Shown: positions 21,756-33,611 of the stretch, in pieces
Numbering within the stretch: position 1 is the first letter of the stretch
Layout of the letters: the number at the start of each line of letters is the position of its first letter
Origin: Octopus bimaculoides
Taxonomy: Eukaryota
Direction of reading: 5' to 3'
Assembly: GCF_001194135.2 (NCBI RefSeq)
Contig: NC_068992.1
Span: 56,357,069 to 56,391,416, forward strand
DNA: 34,348 bases
Notes under the pieces: model-generated
The model's database searches: none
What the model saw: the letters and a program-made list of their open reading frames with translations, nothing else
Told to the model about the DNA's origin: nothing
Position numbers and translations under genes: made by a program

Positions 21756-22979
21756 NNNNNNNNNNNNNNNNNNNNNNNNNNNNNNNNNNNNNNNNNNNNN
21801 NNNNNNNNNNNNNNNNNNNNNNNNNNNNNNNNNNNNNNNNNNNNNNNNNNNNNNNNNNNNNNNNNNNNNNNNNNNNNNNNNNNNNNNNNNNNNNNNNNNN
21901 NNNNNNNNNNNNNNNNNNNNNNNNNNNNNNNNNNNNNNNNNNNNNNNNNNNNNNNNNNNNNNNNNNNNNNNNNNNNNNNNNNNNNNNNNNNNNNNNNNNN
22001 NNNNNNNNNNNNNNNNNNNNNNNNNNNNNNNNNNNNNNNNNNNNNNNNNNNNNNNNNNNNNNNNNNNNNNNNNNNNNNNNNNNNNNNNNNNNNNNNNNNN
22101 NNNNNNNNNNNNNNNNNNNNNNNNNNNNNNNNNNNNNNNNNNNNNNNNNNNNNNNNNNNNNNNNNNNNNNNNNNNNNNNNNNNNNNNNNNNNNNNNNNNN
22201 NNNNNNNNNNNNNNNNNNNNNNNNNNNNNNNNNNNNNNNNNNNNNNNNNNNNNNNNNNNNNNNNNNNNNNNNNNNNNNNNNNNNNNNNNNNNNNNNNNNN
22301 NNNNNNNNNNNNNNNNNNNNNNNNNNNNNNNNNNNNNNNNNNNNNNNNNNNNNNNNNNNNNNNNNNNNNNNNNNNNNNNNNNNNNNNNNNNNNNNNNNNN
22401 NNNNNNNNNNNNNNNNNNNNNNNNNNNNNNNNNNNNNNNNNNNNNNNNNNTATATATATATTCTTCAGCATGAATAGTACTGACAGTGACTTTGAAGTTT
22501 CGGCAAGCTAAGCCATTATCGGTCTGTGATGCGTTAAGTGAATTTTGTATTTATATAGTCTCTGTTGAGATAACATTTTTCTGGGGTTTGTGAGATTCAG
22601 TTGAATGGTAGTGCGATTACAGGGATGGTTCGTGGTGAAGAGGTATTGTGGAGAAATATATATTGATTAAATTAGGGGTTATGTTATTGTTCAGAATTCA
22701 TTTTATAGTCCGCAGAGATATCATAAAGTAGATGTGGCAACGGGAATAAGATATGAATTAAGCAATAAAGTGAAAAATGTATATTCTTTGCACCATAGAC
22801 GCTGGTCGCACAACTTAAAATTTGTAGGTACAATAAGGCTCGCACATTACCTCACAGTCCCATCCCCACCCTGTTGACATGATCCAGAGATAAACCAGGG
22901 CAAGATATCCAGTCTCAATATGGGTTGCAGGATCAGGAGGTGGGGTGAAAAAATCTCGAGCGAAACAACCAAAATCTAA

Positions 22980-23017
<38 letters not shown>

Positions 23018-23651
23018 NNNNNNNNNNNNNNNNNNNNNNNNNNNNNNNNNNNNNNNNNNNNNNNNNNNNNNNNNNNNNNNNNNNNNNNNNNNNNNNNNNN
23101 NNNNNNNNNNNNNNNNNNNNNNNNNNNNNNNNNNNNNNNNNNNNNNNNNNNNNNNNNNNNNNNNNNNNNNNNNNNNNNNNNNNNNNNNNNNNNNNNNNNN
23201 NNNNNNNNNNNNNNNNNNNNNNNNNNNNNNNNNNNNNNNNNNNNNNNNNNNNNNNNNNNNNNNNNNNNNNNNNNNNNNNNNNNNNNNNNNNNNNNNNNNN
23301 NNNNNNNNNNNNNNNNNNNNNNNNNNNNNNNNNNNNNNNNNNNNNNNNNNNNNNNNNNNNNNNNNNNNNNNNNNNNNNNNNNNNNNNNNNNNNNNNNNNN
23401 NNNNNNNNNNNNNNNNNNNNNNNNNNNNNNNNNNNNNNNNNNNNNNNNNNNNNNNNNNNNNNNNNNNNNNNNNNNNNNNNNNNNNNNNNNNNNNNNNNNN
23501 NNNNNNNNNNNNNNNNNNNNNNNNNNNNNNNNNNNNNNNNNNNNNNNNNNNNNNNNNNNNNNNNNNNNNNNNNNNNNNNNNNNNNNNNNNNNNNNNNNNN
23601 NNNNNNNNNNNNNNNNNNNNNNNNNNNNACACACACACACACACACATATG

Positions 23652-23810
23652 TACGGCAGGTTTCTTTCAGTCTCCTTCATCAAAAACATTCACAAGGCTT
23701 TGGTCGGCCCGAGGCTATAATAGAAGACCCCTACTCAAGGTGCCACGTAGTGGGACTGAACTCAGAACCATGTGGTTAGGAACCAAACTTTTTACGACAC
23801 AGTCACGCCT
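23652..23810 (-). mobile_element. SINE A 5' half
   Basis: GGTCGGCCCGAGGCTATAATAGAAGAC...GTGCCACGTAGTGGGACTGAAC...CACAGTCACGCCT. Confidence 0.9.
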
Positions 23811-24321
23811 ATATATATATACACACATATATCTTTAGATAAGAATGTAAATGTGTATCTATATATCATGTTTATATACATATGTATATATACATATTTA
23901 CTTACGAGTATATATACCTATGTATACATTGTTCAAAATGACAGGTAATTGTAATATATGTCTTGGAGAAACAGCAAGTGTGTACTTCACTCAAAGTAGA
24001 TTGAATTAGACTCAGTTGATATACTTCAAGCAGAGGAATTCAGTTCATAGAGAACTAATGCTATGAAACTCTCCTTATTCACAGTATTCACGTACAATAT
24101 TTATCGCTGAATTGTCTGACAACCATTATTATTATAGTAAATCTTTTACATGACAGAACGCTCTAAGCTACAAACATTTCATTAGCATTTTATATGGCAG
24201 TTCTTAACTTGAACTACAGCTTTGTACGTCTGTGTGTATTCACAGTCATGTTTTAGCTTTATGCTTGTGTTTCAGGATTAATGTTGCTGTTGTGCTTGCT
24301 ATTGTTGCTGTTATGATTATT

Positions 24322-24450
24322 CATCTGTCTCTACGTTCTCATTTCAAATTCTGTCGTGGTCGACTTCTTTCATCCTTTCAGGGTCGATAGAATAAGCAGC
24401 AGTTGAGCACGGGTCGACGTACCCCATACAGCGAATTTGCTGTCCTTGTA
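24322..24450 (+). mobile_element. Diverged SINE B fragment
   Basis: TTCAAATTCTGTCGTGGTCGACTTCTTTCATCCTTTCAGGGTCGATA core. Confidence 0.75.
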
Positions 24451-24454
24451 TTGA

Positions 24455-24623
<169 letters not shown>

Positions 24624-24625
24624 CA

Positions 24626-24912
24626 GTGAAAGAGCAGTGCATGCCATCAAAGTGACACTGGGGTAAAATATACGAAGCCCAATATACCCATCATGACTAC
24701 CCGTCTGATAAGAGTACACCAGGCACATGCATCACAACCGTATGTGCGCAGCATAGTGATCTCATACCAAGATAAACGGTGTATAACCTTGCAGGTGGGG
24801 CCCAGTTAGAATTTTCTTCAGTTCGAGTAGCCCATCCTGCTCAAAAGGTCCCTGAATAAGGGTTGTTTCAGAATGTTGAACTAAACATCGATGCTTCACG
24901 ATGTGAATTATT
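24626..24912 (-). mobile_element. Family C 3' half, ending in (AAT)n on its sense strand
   Basis: Reverse complement of about 7893-8159 plus about 28 extra terminal nt. Confidence 0.85.
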
Positions 24913-25697
24913 CGTCTTCTCTCTTCATTGACTACAACCTTCGTATTTCTCCACTTCAAAGCGTCATAGTTGTTCAGTTTTTTCTTCTTTCTCATTGACC
25001 CTGTTGCTACAGTGACATGCGATGTCGATTATCATGCATGTTCTTTCTTTTTGTTCCCCCCCCCCCCCCCTCAGTAATGTCCGGTTTCTGATGTCTGGTC
25101 AAGTGATCGCACTGAATCATTGCACCCCAACAGACTTTGCAATTTTCATTCTCGTGACTCCTTCTGGGACATACTCATACCACGTCTTTGCTCTATGTAG
25201 ACCGTGATTTCCACTGAGGTCCCAATGGATTATTTTTGCCACATTGTCATGTCGTCTTTTGTATTCGCGTTGTGCCAGTTTCGGGCATTCGCTAATCATG
25301 TGCCATACCGTTTCATACCTCTCATCAGACATTCTGCATTTGTCGCTGTCGGTAGTGTTGTCGATTCTGCACTCCACATAGTCCTTAACTCTTGTTCCTG
25401 AGTTGTGCATATAAGTGCTTCTGTCTCTATAGTCAGGTCACTCTTTCTCATCCATAGCCACCGATCTTCCGTATCTGTCTTGGCGTTCGTATCGCTTGCA
25501 AACTAGCCGTACATTTTTTCCTTCCTCGCTGTTTCATTTTTAGAGTGTTCTTTTCCTCGTTAAGGATTTCTTTCTTTACACAGTTATCAGTTTTAATGAC
25601 GGTGGCCTTCTAACATGTTTCAACAATAATGGTTCCACGGCACGTTTTGCATACCACCCTAAACTGTTTTCCTCTGCCTCAATACAGTCCTGACAAC
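24913..25697 (-). mobile_element. R4/Dong-clade non-LTR retrotransposon C-terminal fragment (CCHC finger + restriction-like endonuclease)
   Basis: Joined frames: EAEENSLGWY / RWLWMRKSDLTIETEALIC / KCRMSDERYETVWHMISECPKLAQREYKRRHDNVAKIIHWDL..WYEYVPEGV / ENENCKVCWGAMIQCDH..KPDI / KKERTCMIIDIAC / KLNNYDALKW-EIRRL*SMKR. Confidence 0.9.
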
Positions 25698-25727
25698 TAA
25701 TCGAACCCCTTCTTTCCTTCCGTCCTT

Positions 25728-25841
25728 CCTTCCCTTCTTCTTCTTCTTCTTCTTCTTCTTCTTCTTCTTCTTCTTCTTCTTCTTCTTCTTCTTCTTCTTC
25801 TTCTTCTTCTTCTTCTTCTTCTTCTTCTTTCTTCTTCTTCT
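25728..25841. repeat. (CTT)n preceded by (CCTT)n
   Basis: Directly visible. Confidence 0.95.
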
Positions 25842-27006
25842 TTAAAATTTTTGAGTTTAATTAAATAAATACCTAATGTAGCATATAACATACATGTAGT
25901 TTTAAAATATCATTTCTACTNNNNNNNNNNNNNNNNNNNNNNNNNNNNNNNNNNNNNNNNNNNNNNNNNNNNNNNNNNNNNNNNNNNNNNNNNNNNNNNN
26001 NNNNNNNNNNNNNNNNNNNNNNNNNNNNNNNNNNNNNNNNNNNNNNNNNNNNNNNNNNNNNNNNNNNNNNNNNNNNNNNNNNNNNNNNNNNNNNNNNNNN
26101 NNNNNNNNNNNNNNNNNNNNNNNNNNNNNNNNNNNNNNNNNNNNNNNNNNNNNNNNNNNNNNNNNNNNNNNNNNNNNNNNNNNNNNNNNNNNNNNNNNNN
26201 NNNNNNNNNNNNNNNNNNNNNNNNNNNNNNNNNNNNNNNNNNNNNNNNNNNNNNNNNNNNNNNNNNNNNNNNNNNNNNNNNNNNNNNNNNNNNNNNNNNN
26301 NNNNNNNNNNNNNNNNNNNNNNNNNNNNNNNNNNNNNNNNNNNNNNNNNNNNNNNNNNNNNNNNNNNNNNNNNNNNNNNNNNNNNNNNNNNNNNNNNNNN
26401 NNNNNNNNNNNNNNNNNNNNNNNNNNNNNNNNNNNNNNNNNNNNNNNNNNNNNNNNNNNNNNNNNNNNNNNNNNNNNNNNNNNNNNNNNNNNNNNNNNNN
26501 NNNNNNNNNNNNNNNNNNNNNNNNNNNNNNNNNNNNNNNNNNNNNNNNNNNNNNNNNNNNNNNNNNNNNNNNNNNNNNNNNNNNNNNNNNNNNNNNNNNN
26601 NNNNNNNNNNNNNNNNNNNNNNNNNNNNNNNNNNNNNNNNNNNNNNNNNNNNNNNNNNNNNNNNNNNNNNNNNNNNNNNNNNNNNNNNNNNNNNNNNNNN
26701 NNNNNNNNNNNNNNNNNNNNNNNNNNNNNNNNNNNNNNNNNNNTATATATATATACATACATACACACACACACACACACATATATATACACATATTTAT
26801 ATGAACTGAATAATATCAGAAGTGCTATTGAACAATCGAATTAGCGGAAGTGGGGTTTGTCTGGTAACACATGAAATCTGTAAATCTATTCACTGTAGTT
26901 ATCTTTAACTTGTATTGTCTCCTCTTTTGATCTCTGGTACCTTGATCTTTGATTGAAGTATTACCAACCCACACTTATTCATATACATACCTATATGTGT
27001 AGGTCT

Positions 27007-27007
27007 A

Positions 27008-27080
<73 letters not shown>

Positions 27081-27098
27081 CATCTATCTATCTATCTA

Positions 27099-27150
<52 letters not shown>
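27007..27150. repeat. (TATC)n grading into (TGTC)n
   Basis: Directly visible. Confidence 0.95.
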
Positions 27151-27151
<1 letters not shown>

Positions 27152-27316
27152 GTAAATTTCTATCTATGCAATACTAATAGAAATATTGGTAGCAACTATC
27201 AGATGTATGTTTCCTGAAGTAAAATCCGCTCACAGTATGTATTTAGTAGTATACTAGAAAATGCTTCAGTTTTATTCATCTTGTTAAAAAGGCGTTTAAG
27301 ATCAGAACCTTTTGCC

Positions 27317-27415
27317 GTATGTATGTACGTATGTATGTATGTATGTATGTATGTATGTATGTATGTATGTATGTATGTATGTATGTATGTATATAATATA
27401 TATACATACATACAT
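27317..27415. repeat. (TATG)n
   Basis: Directly visible. Confidence 0.95.
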
Positions 27416-28071
27416 AGAAATATAAAAAGATATAAGGAGCAAAGATACTGAAGATTCAGTATACATTACGTGGCAAAATTATGAGTTGAAAATATGTGGA
27501 ATTTTTTTTTTTAAAAGTGGAAGAGAAATACCTTCGTTTCACATAGTTTAATATCTTTTTATAAATATATAGATATTATATGGATGTCGCGAAATCCAAC
27601 CGGTTTTCGCTATTTAAATTAGCTTTGCAATGGACATTGTACAGTAATGAATTCTCGTGACAGAGGGGTCTTGTCATTTTGGATGTTTGAAAAATAAGAA
27701 TGAGTCTAGAGAGTGAACCAAGGGAAGCAGCTGGTGGCAAGGGGGACAACTGGCTCCTTAATATAATTTTTAAAATGGTGAAATTTGTATTTTGAGGTAT
27801 GGTCTGTACTTTTGTATGAACAGTTTTCTTTGTTTAGGCGTTCTTGTACTGAGATTGAATCTTTGCACTGGTATAATGGGAAGATATGAAAATTTGGCGT
27901 TTTATTACTTGCGCATCTGCCGATATGTCCGCTCAGTGCTATCTGCCTGTATTGAGGGAAACGAATCTGTTTTTATGCAGCGTGACTCTGCGTCTCAAAG
28001 TAAGGCTCGTTTGGCCCACATAATTGTGACCACAACCTGAGAAGGTTAGAACATAGATAAGCTTCTGGGAA

Positions 28072-28113
28072 GCACAAGGCCTGAAATTTTAGGGGAGGGT
28101 GCAAGTTGATTAC
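28072..28113 (-). mobile_element. SINE B tail fragment
   Basis: GCACAAGGCCTGAAATTTTAGGGGAGGG. Confidence 0.65.
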
Positions 28114-28404
28114 AGTGAAAATACGAAAATAACGAAGAACAAAAAACATAAAACAATGAAACTAGGGCGAAATTACCCGTCTGATGTCCCACTGATCTTT
28201 GGAGGAAGACAAAATGATCCCCATAAAGTTAGAGGCAGAATATAAACAACATACAAAGCAGATTATTCATCTTCGTCTGTGGTTTCGTTATTTTCCTTTC
28301 GTACTTTCACTGAGTTTGAGAATTTCCGCATATAATTACTATTTCTTCATCTTCGCACGACGAAAGTATGGTACTAAAAGTTCGGGCTGTTAGGAGGCGA
28401 AATG

Positions 28405-28557
28405 TTTGCTCGTCTATTTCTGACATTCTTTAGTAAAAAGACATTCGATGCAATACAAAATAGGTTCAGACATTCCATAATCCAAGAATGTGGGATCCTA
28501 TCGTACGCCTTGCGATANNNNNNNNNNATGGCTAAGTTAGTTTTCCTCCTCTGGCAA
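28405..28557 (-). mobile_element. R4/Dong-clade RT fragment
   Basis: CQRRKTNLA[gap]YRKAYDRIPHSWIMECLNLFCIASNV..LLKN matches the (W)IDYxKAYD.VPHSW motif of RLE-clade RTs. Confidence 0.85.
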
Positions 28558-28571
28558 GGAGGAGAACTAAC

Positions 28572-28688
28572 TTCCGCCGCTGCCGCCGTTTCCACCGCTG
28601 CCGCCGCTGCCGCCGCTGCCGCCGCTGCCGCCGCTACTGCCACCACCACCACCACTACCACCTCTACTACTACTACTACTACTACAAC
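28572..28688. repeat. Compound (GCCGCCGCT)n-(ACC)n-(ACT)n microsatellite
   Basis: Directly visible. Confidence 0.95.
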
Positions 28689-28927
28689 ATTATTCTCAAG
28701 ATAATTTTTGCAATATATATGCACATATGCATACTAAGGCATACACATATGCATACACACAGACACAAACACACTCACACACACACGCATATACCGAATC
28801 CCATAAAATGCTTTAATATCCATTGATTAAATTGTAACAAGATTTGTCATAAATATGATACTTCAAACCAGAATCGAAGATGTGTGACATATTATATATT
28901 TGTCTTTTGTGATTAGTTTTTTTCAGC

Positions 28928-28949
28928 GATAATAATAATAATAATAATG

Positions 28950-28995
<46 letters not shown>
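28928..28995. repeat. (AAT)n
   Basis: Directly visible. Confidence 0.95.
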
Positions 28996-28997
<2 letters not shown>

Positions 28998-31419
28998 TGT
29001 AGCTGAAAGCAATGATTTATGTGCGCGATGGAAAAAAATAATACTAACATCCACATTTTTATTTGGTATTTTATTGTATTGTTCAATAAAAGACGAAATG
29101 TAAAGAAATAATAAAAAAAAAGAAATGAAAGACCACCCATCGTACAAAATCACATCGTATATTTTATTCTTTTTTATATCCAAAGAGAATTGTTGAATAG
29201 CTTGTGAGAGAAAAATAATGAAAGAATATTTCGTGAATTGTTTGAAATGAAAATAAACTAGTCACCTCTGAACTAGCTTTGTCATATATTATGCATGTGG
29301 ATGTTTTACGACTGTGTTTTTAGAAGCCAGGAATTTTATATATAGTTTGAAGATTTAATGCTCGTATATATTGTTCTTTTAAAGGAGAGTTACGTGAAGT
29401 AAATACCGTATACTAATAGTTTCGTCTCTCAGTGTACTAAGATCAAACCATACCTAGGTCGAGTTCATCTTTTAATCTTTTTCGTATCGCGATTGTAATT
29501 GCTGGTTTTGTATAGGTCGATGTCAGCTCAGCTACTAAATGATGGCTTTCTGCCAGTATAACCAATTAATGTTTGTTTGACATCTATTGGTCAATGGACT
29601 GACATTAACGGGTCAGGGTGTGTGATTAATATACCTTACAATATTTAGTTGCTTTCGGCCATGTTCTGATTATAAGCGTTTACGATCAACGTCAAATCGA
29701 TAGATTTTTTTTTCCATATATGAATAATATTATATTTCATAAATTTAGTACACTGTAGCTGTTTTCTGCAACAATATGATGGCCGCGTTCCTAGTCTGCT
29801 ATTATTTCGACGAACAGTTGCTTCGTCTGTTGTCCACAAAACCTATCCTCTCTTTTAATCCGCTTAATTACATGATCATGGTTAGTGACCATGGTCACTT
29901 TTAGGGGCTCCAATGGTAGGAGAGGACTTGAACTAAGTGCTTACAACAGAGTAACTCTGCTAATGGTATTCAAGGTTTCAGGTTCTAGATTTAAAACAGG
30001 GAGAAAAGTACGCTAAACATTTACTAAGATCGCTTTAAGATTTTTTTCGGCAAGTAATTAGGGCAGACAACTACCAGCGTATTTCGGTTATATTTGAACC
30101 TCACCAGTGAAACCTGAACTTCGCCTTATTTACCCGAATAGGGATGAAGGAATCACTATGTAGGAAACTAGAACTGTTTAAAGGAGAGATAACTCGGTGG
30201 CGCTATCTGTATATAAAAAAAAACCCAAAACAAAACAAAGCAAAAAATGTATTTAATTTTGCGTTAATATATTTAATACTGAGAAGTTTAAAAAGCTAAC
30301 TATAAATTATGTGGTGTGGAAAAAAAATAAACAAACACCGCTTGTCATTGAATATTATTATTTTCATGTTGCTGCAAATATGGGAAGCATGAATCAGTAT
30401 AGATTGAACTCAGATCGGTTTCATTACTAACAAGGACATTTAGCGTTGTCAGATCACATAGTTTGGTAGTTGAGTACAATGAAGAAACTAAAGAAACCAA
30501 AGAAAACGTATGTGAAAGACTCCTGTTCTGGATACTGAGCCGATACAGTTATTGCATACGGAGACGTCATCTTGTCTGGTTGTTGTCCTCAAGTTAAATC
30601 CACTTTGAATTAAATTTTTTCTTCGTAATTACGAAAATGTATCAGCTTTTAAATTGAAACATAAATGAAAAAAACAAAACATAAAGAAAAACTATTTCAT
30701 ACAGAGAAGATAAAGCAAATTAAAAAAGAAAAAGAAAAAGAAAAAGAGAACGTTTCACTTCTTCGCTTTGTAGTTGTGAAACAAATGAATATATCTCAAT
30801 TTTGTTGAGAACACTTAATTCTATTGTGTCCATGGTTGTACATGAATTGTTGAAGTACGCCAGATCTATAATGAAACGTTCTATGCTCATGGCGCCATTT
30901 TGTAGTTATTCATAAGTCTTTCGTTTTGGTATTCATTTGATGGCGTTTAAAAGCGAATATTAACAACAGAGATGTATTGATAATATCATAAAACAAAGCC
31001 AGATATACCTCACTCAACAAAAAGGAAAATAAGAAAAAATCCTGGAAAATAAATGCTAATAAGTTGATGCAGATTTTTCTCTTTTTTCATTTAGAAATTA
31101 CTAGAAAACGACGTGATCAACATCAGTTTGAATTCTATACAGCCTTTGATTGCTATGTTAATAAGTACTAAGTAATTCCATTTTCTCCTTAAAAGACAGT
31201 AATAGACAGCTTTCATCCAGACCGATCACCAGCATCAAATAAAGAACCATAACTACATGCATTTATGAATTTCATCACGTTTTTGAGTGATTATAATAAT
31301 GACAGTTTATTAAATGTTTCATTTTTATCTCTCCCCTTTTGTTGTTCACTTTTCGAAACCTCTTTTTGATGTCCGCAAATGAAATGCAATGTCTTGTATT
31401 TACTAACTTTCTATTGCAG

Positions 31420-31485
31420 ATAAAAGGGTGCGACGTGAGATATGCACAAAAAACTACTTGACTACACGAACGCTGAATACTGATG
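31420..31485 (+). CDS. Candidate internal exon (66 nt, phase 1/1), unknown product
   Basis: TACTAAC branch point and TTTCTATTGCAG acceptor; frame KRVRREICTKNYLTTRTLNTD; the donor G|GTCGGA is weak. Confidence 0.3.
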
Positions 31486-31585
31486 GTCGGAAGAAAGGAA
31501 AGTGCATCAAACCGATTGTAATAATTTTACTATGTAGTCTATCTGCAAAAGATAATTAATACAGTAGCTTATTTGGCACGTACAG

Positions 31586-31639
31586 GATCAATATATCGAT
31601 CAAGTACATGTTATGAGAGGGAATCATTCCAAGAGAAAG
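31586..31639 (+). CDS. Candidate internal exon (54 nt, phase 1/1), unknown product
   Basis: Acceptor GTACAG and donor AAG|GTAAAT; frame GSIYRSSTCYERESFQEK. Confidence 0.3.
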
Positions 31640-31743
31640 GTAAATATTCTAACAGTATACGCATTAGTATATGTATGTGTATCTCTGTGTACATGCGTAT
31701 GTACATAGATATGCGTTTATATACAGAAATATATGCATATGCG

Positions 31744-31775
<32 letters not shown>

Positions 31776-32442
31776 TATGCACACACACTCACACATTTAT
31801 GTATGTATGTATCTATGCATGTGTGTTTTACTCAGTACTCTTCATTTTCGTCGGAGAGTTGCTAGAGGCTGTTGTTATGATAGACCAAAGTCTTCAGCTC
31901 GCCCTTCCCAGTAAACACTTCGCGAAATTACTGCTGAAAACTCACATACAACTTCTTGGAATCGGATATTACGTGTCCACGCACTGCGCTCCGAACAGCG
32001 ATAAAGACGAAGCATAAAACTACACGTTTATTGAAGGTGGTGCAGAGAGAAAAATCAACCTTTAGTGGACATGACTTTCTCCCAGTGGAAATAAGACATT
32101 CGAAATGTCGCCTCATTAAGAAAATGATTGATGCGAGAAATTATCTGAAATGGATAAAGGCTTTTAACAATAAGTGTCAACTGGATCGTACAAGCTCATT
32201 AATCAACATTACACAATGCAAGAAATGTAATAAATTTAGATAAGAAAATTTGAAAAGATGAAGCAATAGCACGTATAATGAATATAGATAAAAACGGAAA
32301 ACAAATGACTAGAATACAGTATTGCGGTTACTGATTGTCAACAGAGTAAATGAAATGTATTGTAAGAATATAAGAATGGTAAATTGCAAACGAATCGAAA
32401 GTTTGAATTATGTAAGACTACTTACTGATTCCAGGCGATTAA

Positions 32443-32700
32443 CAGAGAAAATAATTGCAAATTAATGTGAAGTGGCTACATGAGTAAGGAAACTCCTTTG
32501 AACAAAATTACGAAACTCTTCTTGTTTATAGCAGAGAAATGGATTGCAAATTAGCGTGAAGTGGCTACATGAGTTAGAAAACTTCTTTGAACAAAATCAC
32601 GAAACTGTTGTTTATAGCAGAAAAAAGAATGTGAAATTAACATGAGGTGGTTACATGAATTAGAAAACTCCTTTGAACAAAATTATGAAACTTTTTATGT
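32443..32700. repeat. Minisatellite, ~3 units of 86-89 bp
   Basis: GAAGTGGCTACATGAG-like anchors at 32469, 32558 and 32644. Confidence 0.9.
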
Positions 32701-32757
32701 TTGTGGTAAATAAAAGTAAATACTAATTTAGTAGAAAATTTAGCTTTATTTTTCATG

Positions 32758-32831
32758 AAAATAAACTAAATCTAGCACTTCTTTATTCTAAATAAAAATA
32801 AACTAAACCTAGCCCTTGTTTGTCCTAAATA
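32758..32831. repeat. 37-bp tandem duplication
   Basis: ATAAACTAAA(T/C)CTAGC at 32761 and 32798. Confidence 0.8.
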
Positions 32832-33611
32832 GAACTAAAAACTGTAACCTACCACTAAATGAATGCTATCAAATAGTTAAGTGCTTTCAGTTGAGATATT
32901 TAAATGCTTGTACTACTTTTAGCTAGTGTATCCGAGCAGATGCGAATAAAAGTAAGAAAAATATGGAAGACTTTGTCAGAAGGAGAATAAAACATTTGAG
33001 CTGAACGATGTGTTAATGGTATTCTAGATGTTAATCTCGGTTTTAGAACTGTTTAATCTTGTAATGCCGGAATGGGTTTTTAATCCGAATAACAGTCAAT
33101 TGAATTGCAGTGGGCCGTACAACGCTTTTTCTCAAGTAGGAAATCTTCATCAAGACAACGATCAATAGGTCAAATGTTTTGTTGAAGTACAACATAGAAA
33201 ATCCTCGTGAGAACGGCGGTGAGGTAAGCGATGAAATATGTTCATTAAAGGATACAATATTTTCCACTATCCGACCAAAGTATTTGCTAGAAAAGACAGA
33301 ACTCTTGTCACCTTAAGACATATAAATTTGATGTTTACTGATGCAGACCTCTAATTAGTCCCCACGAGCTGGGTGCTAGTTGCTGATTGATAGTTACGTG
33401 ACATAGAAGCGTAGTAGATATATGTGGAGCAATATATAGTCTGAGTAGTATAATTTGTATTTGATAAATGAATCATATATAACATGAAATATCACCAAAG
33501 TTGTAACTTTATATCAGTCTATATATTTCGTTAGATTGGTCTCAAGGAAGGCAATGCGTCTATGGCTCTCCAAGGCTGGTAAAACAGATACCTTTAGTGC
33601 TCCCTTCAAGC

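Noticed and set aside
22861-22947. Imperfect inverted repeat CATCCCCACCCTG / CAGGAGGTGGGGTG
   Set aside because: Short, with no TSD and no internal pairing.
27570-28410. Tc1/maT-like hints (VFMQRDSA on +, PPNSP on -)
   Set aside because: The motifs are on opposite strands and short, and no convincing TIR pair was found.
33044-33095. LELFNLVMPEWVFNP, resembling the hAT Buster W(V/I)xNPF motif
   Set aside because: Single short motif with no flanking similarity.
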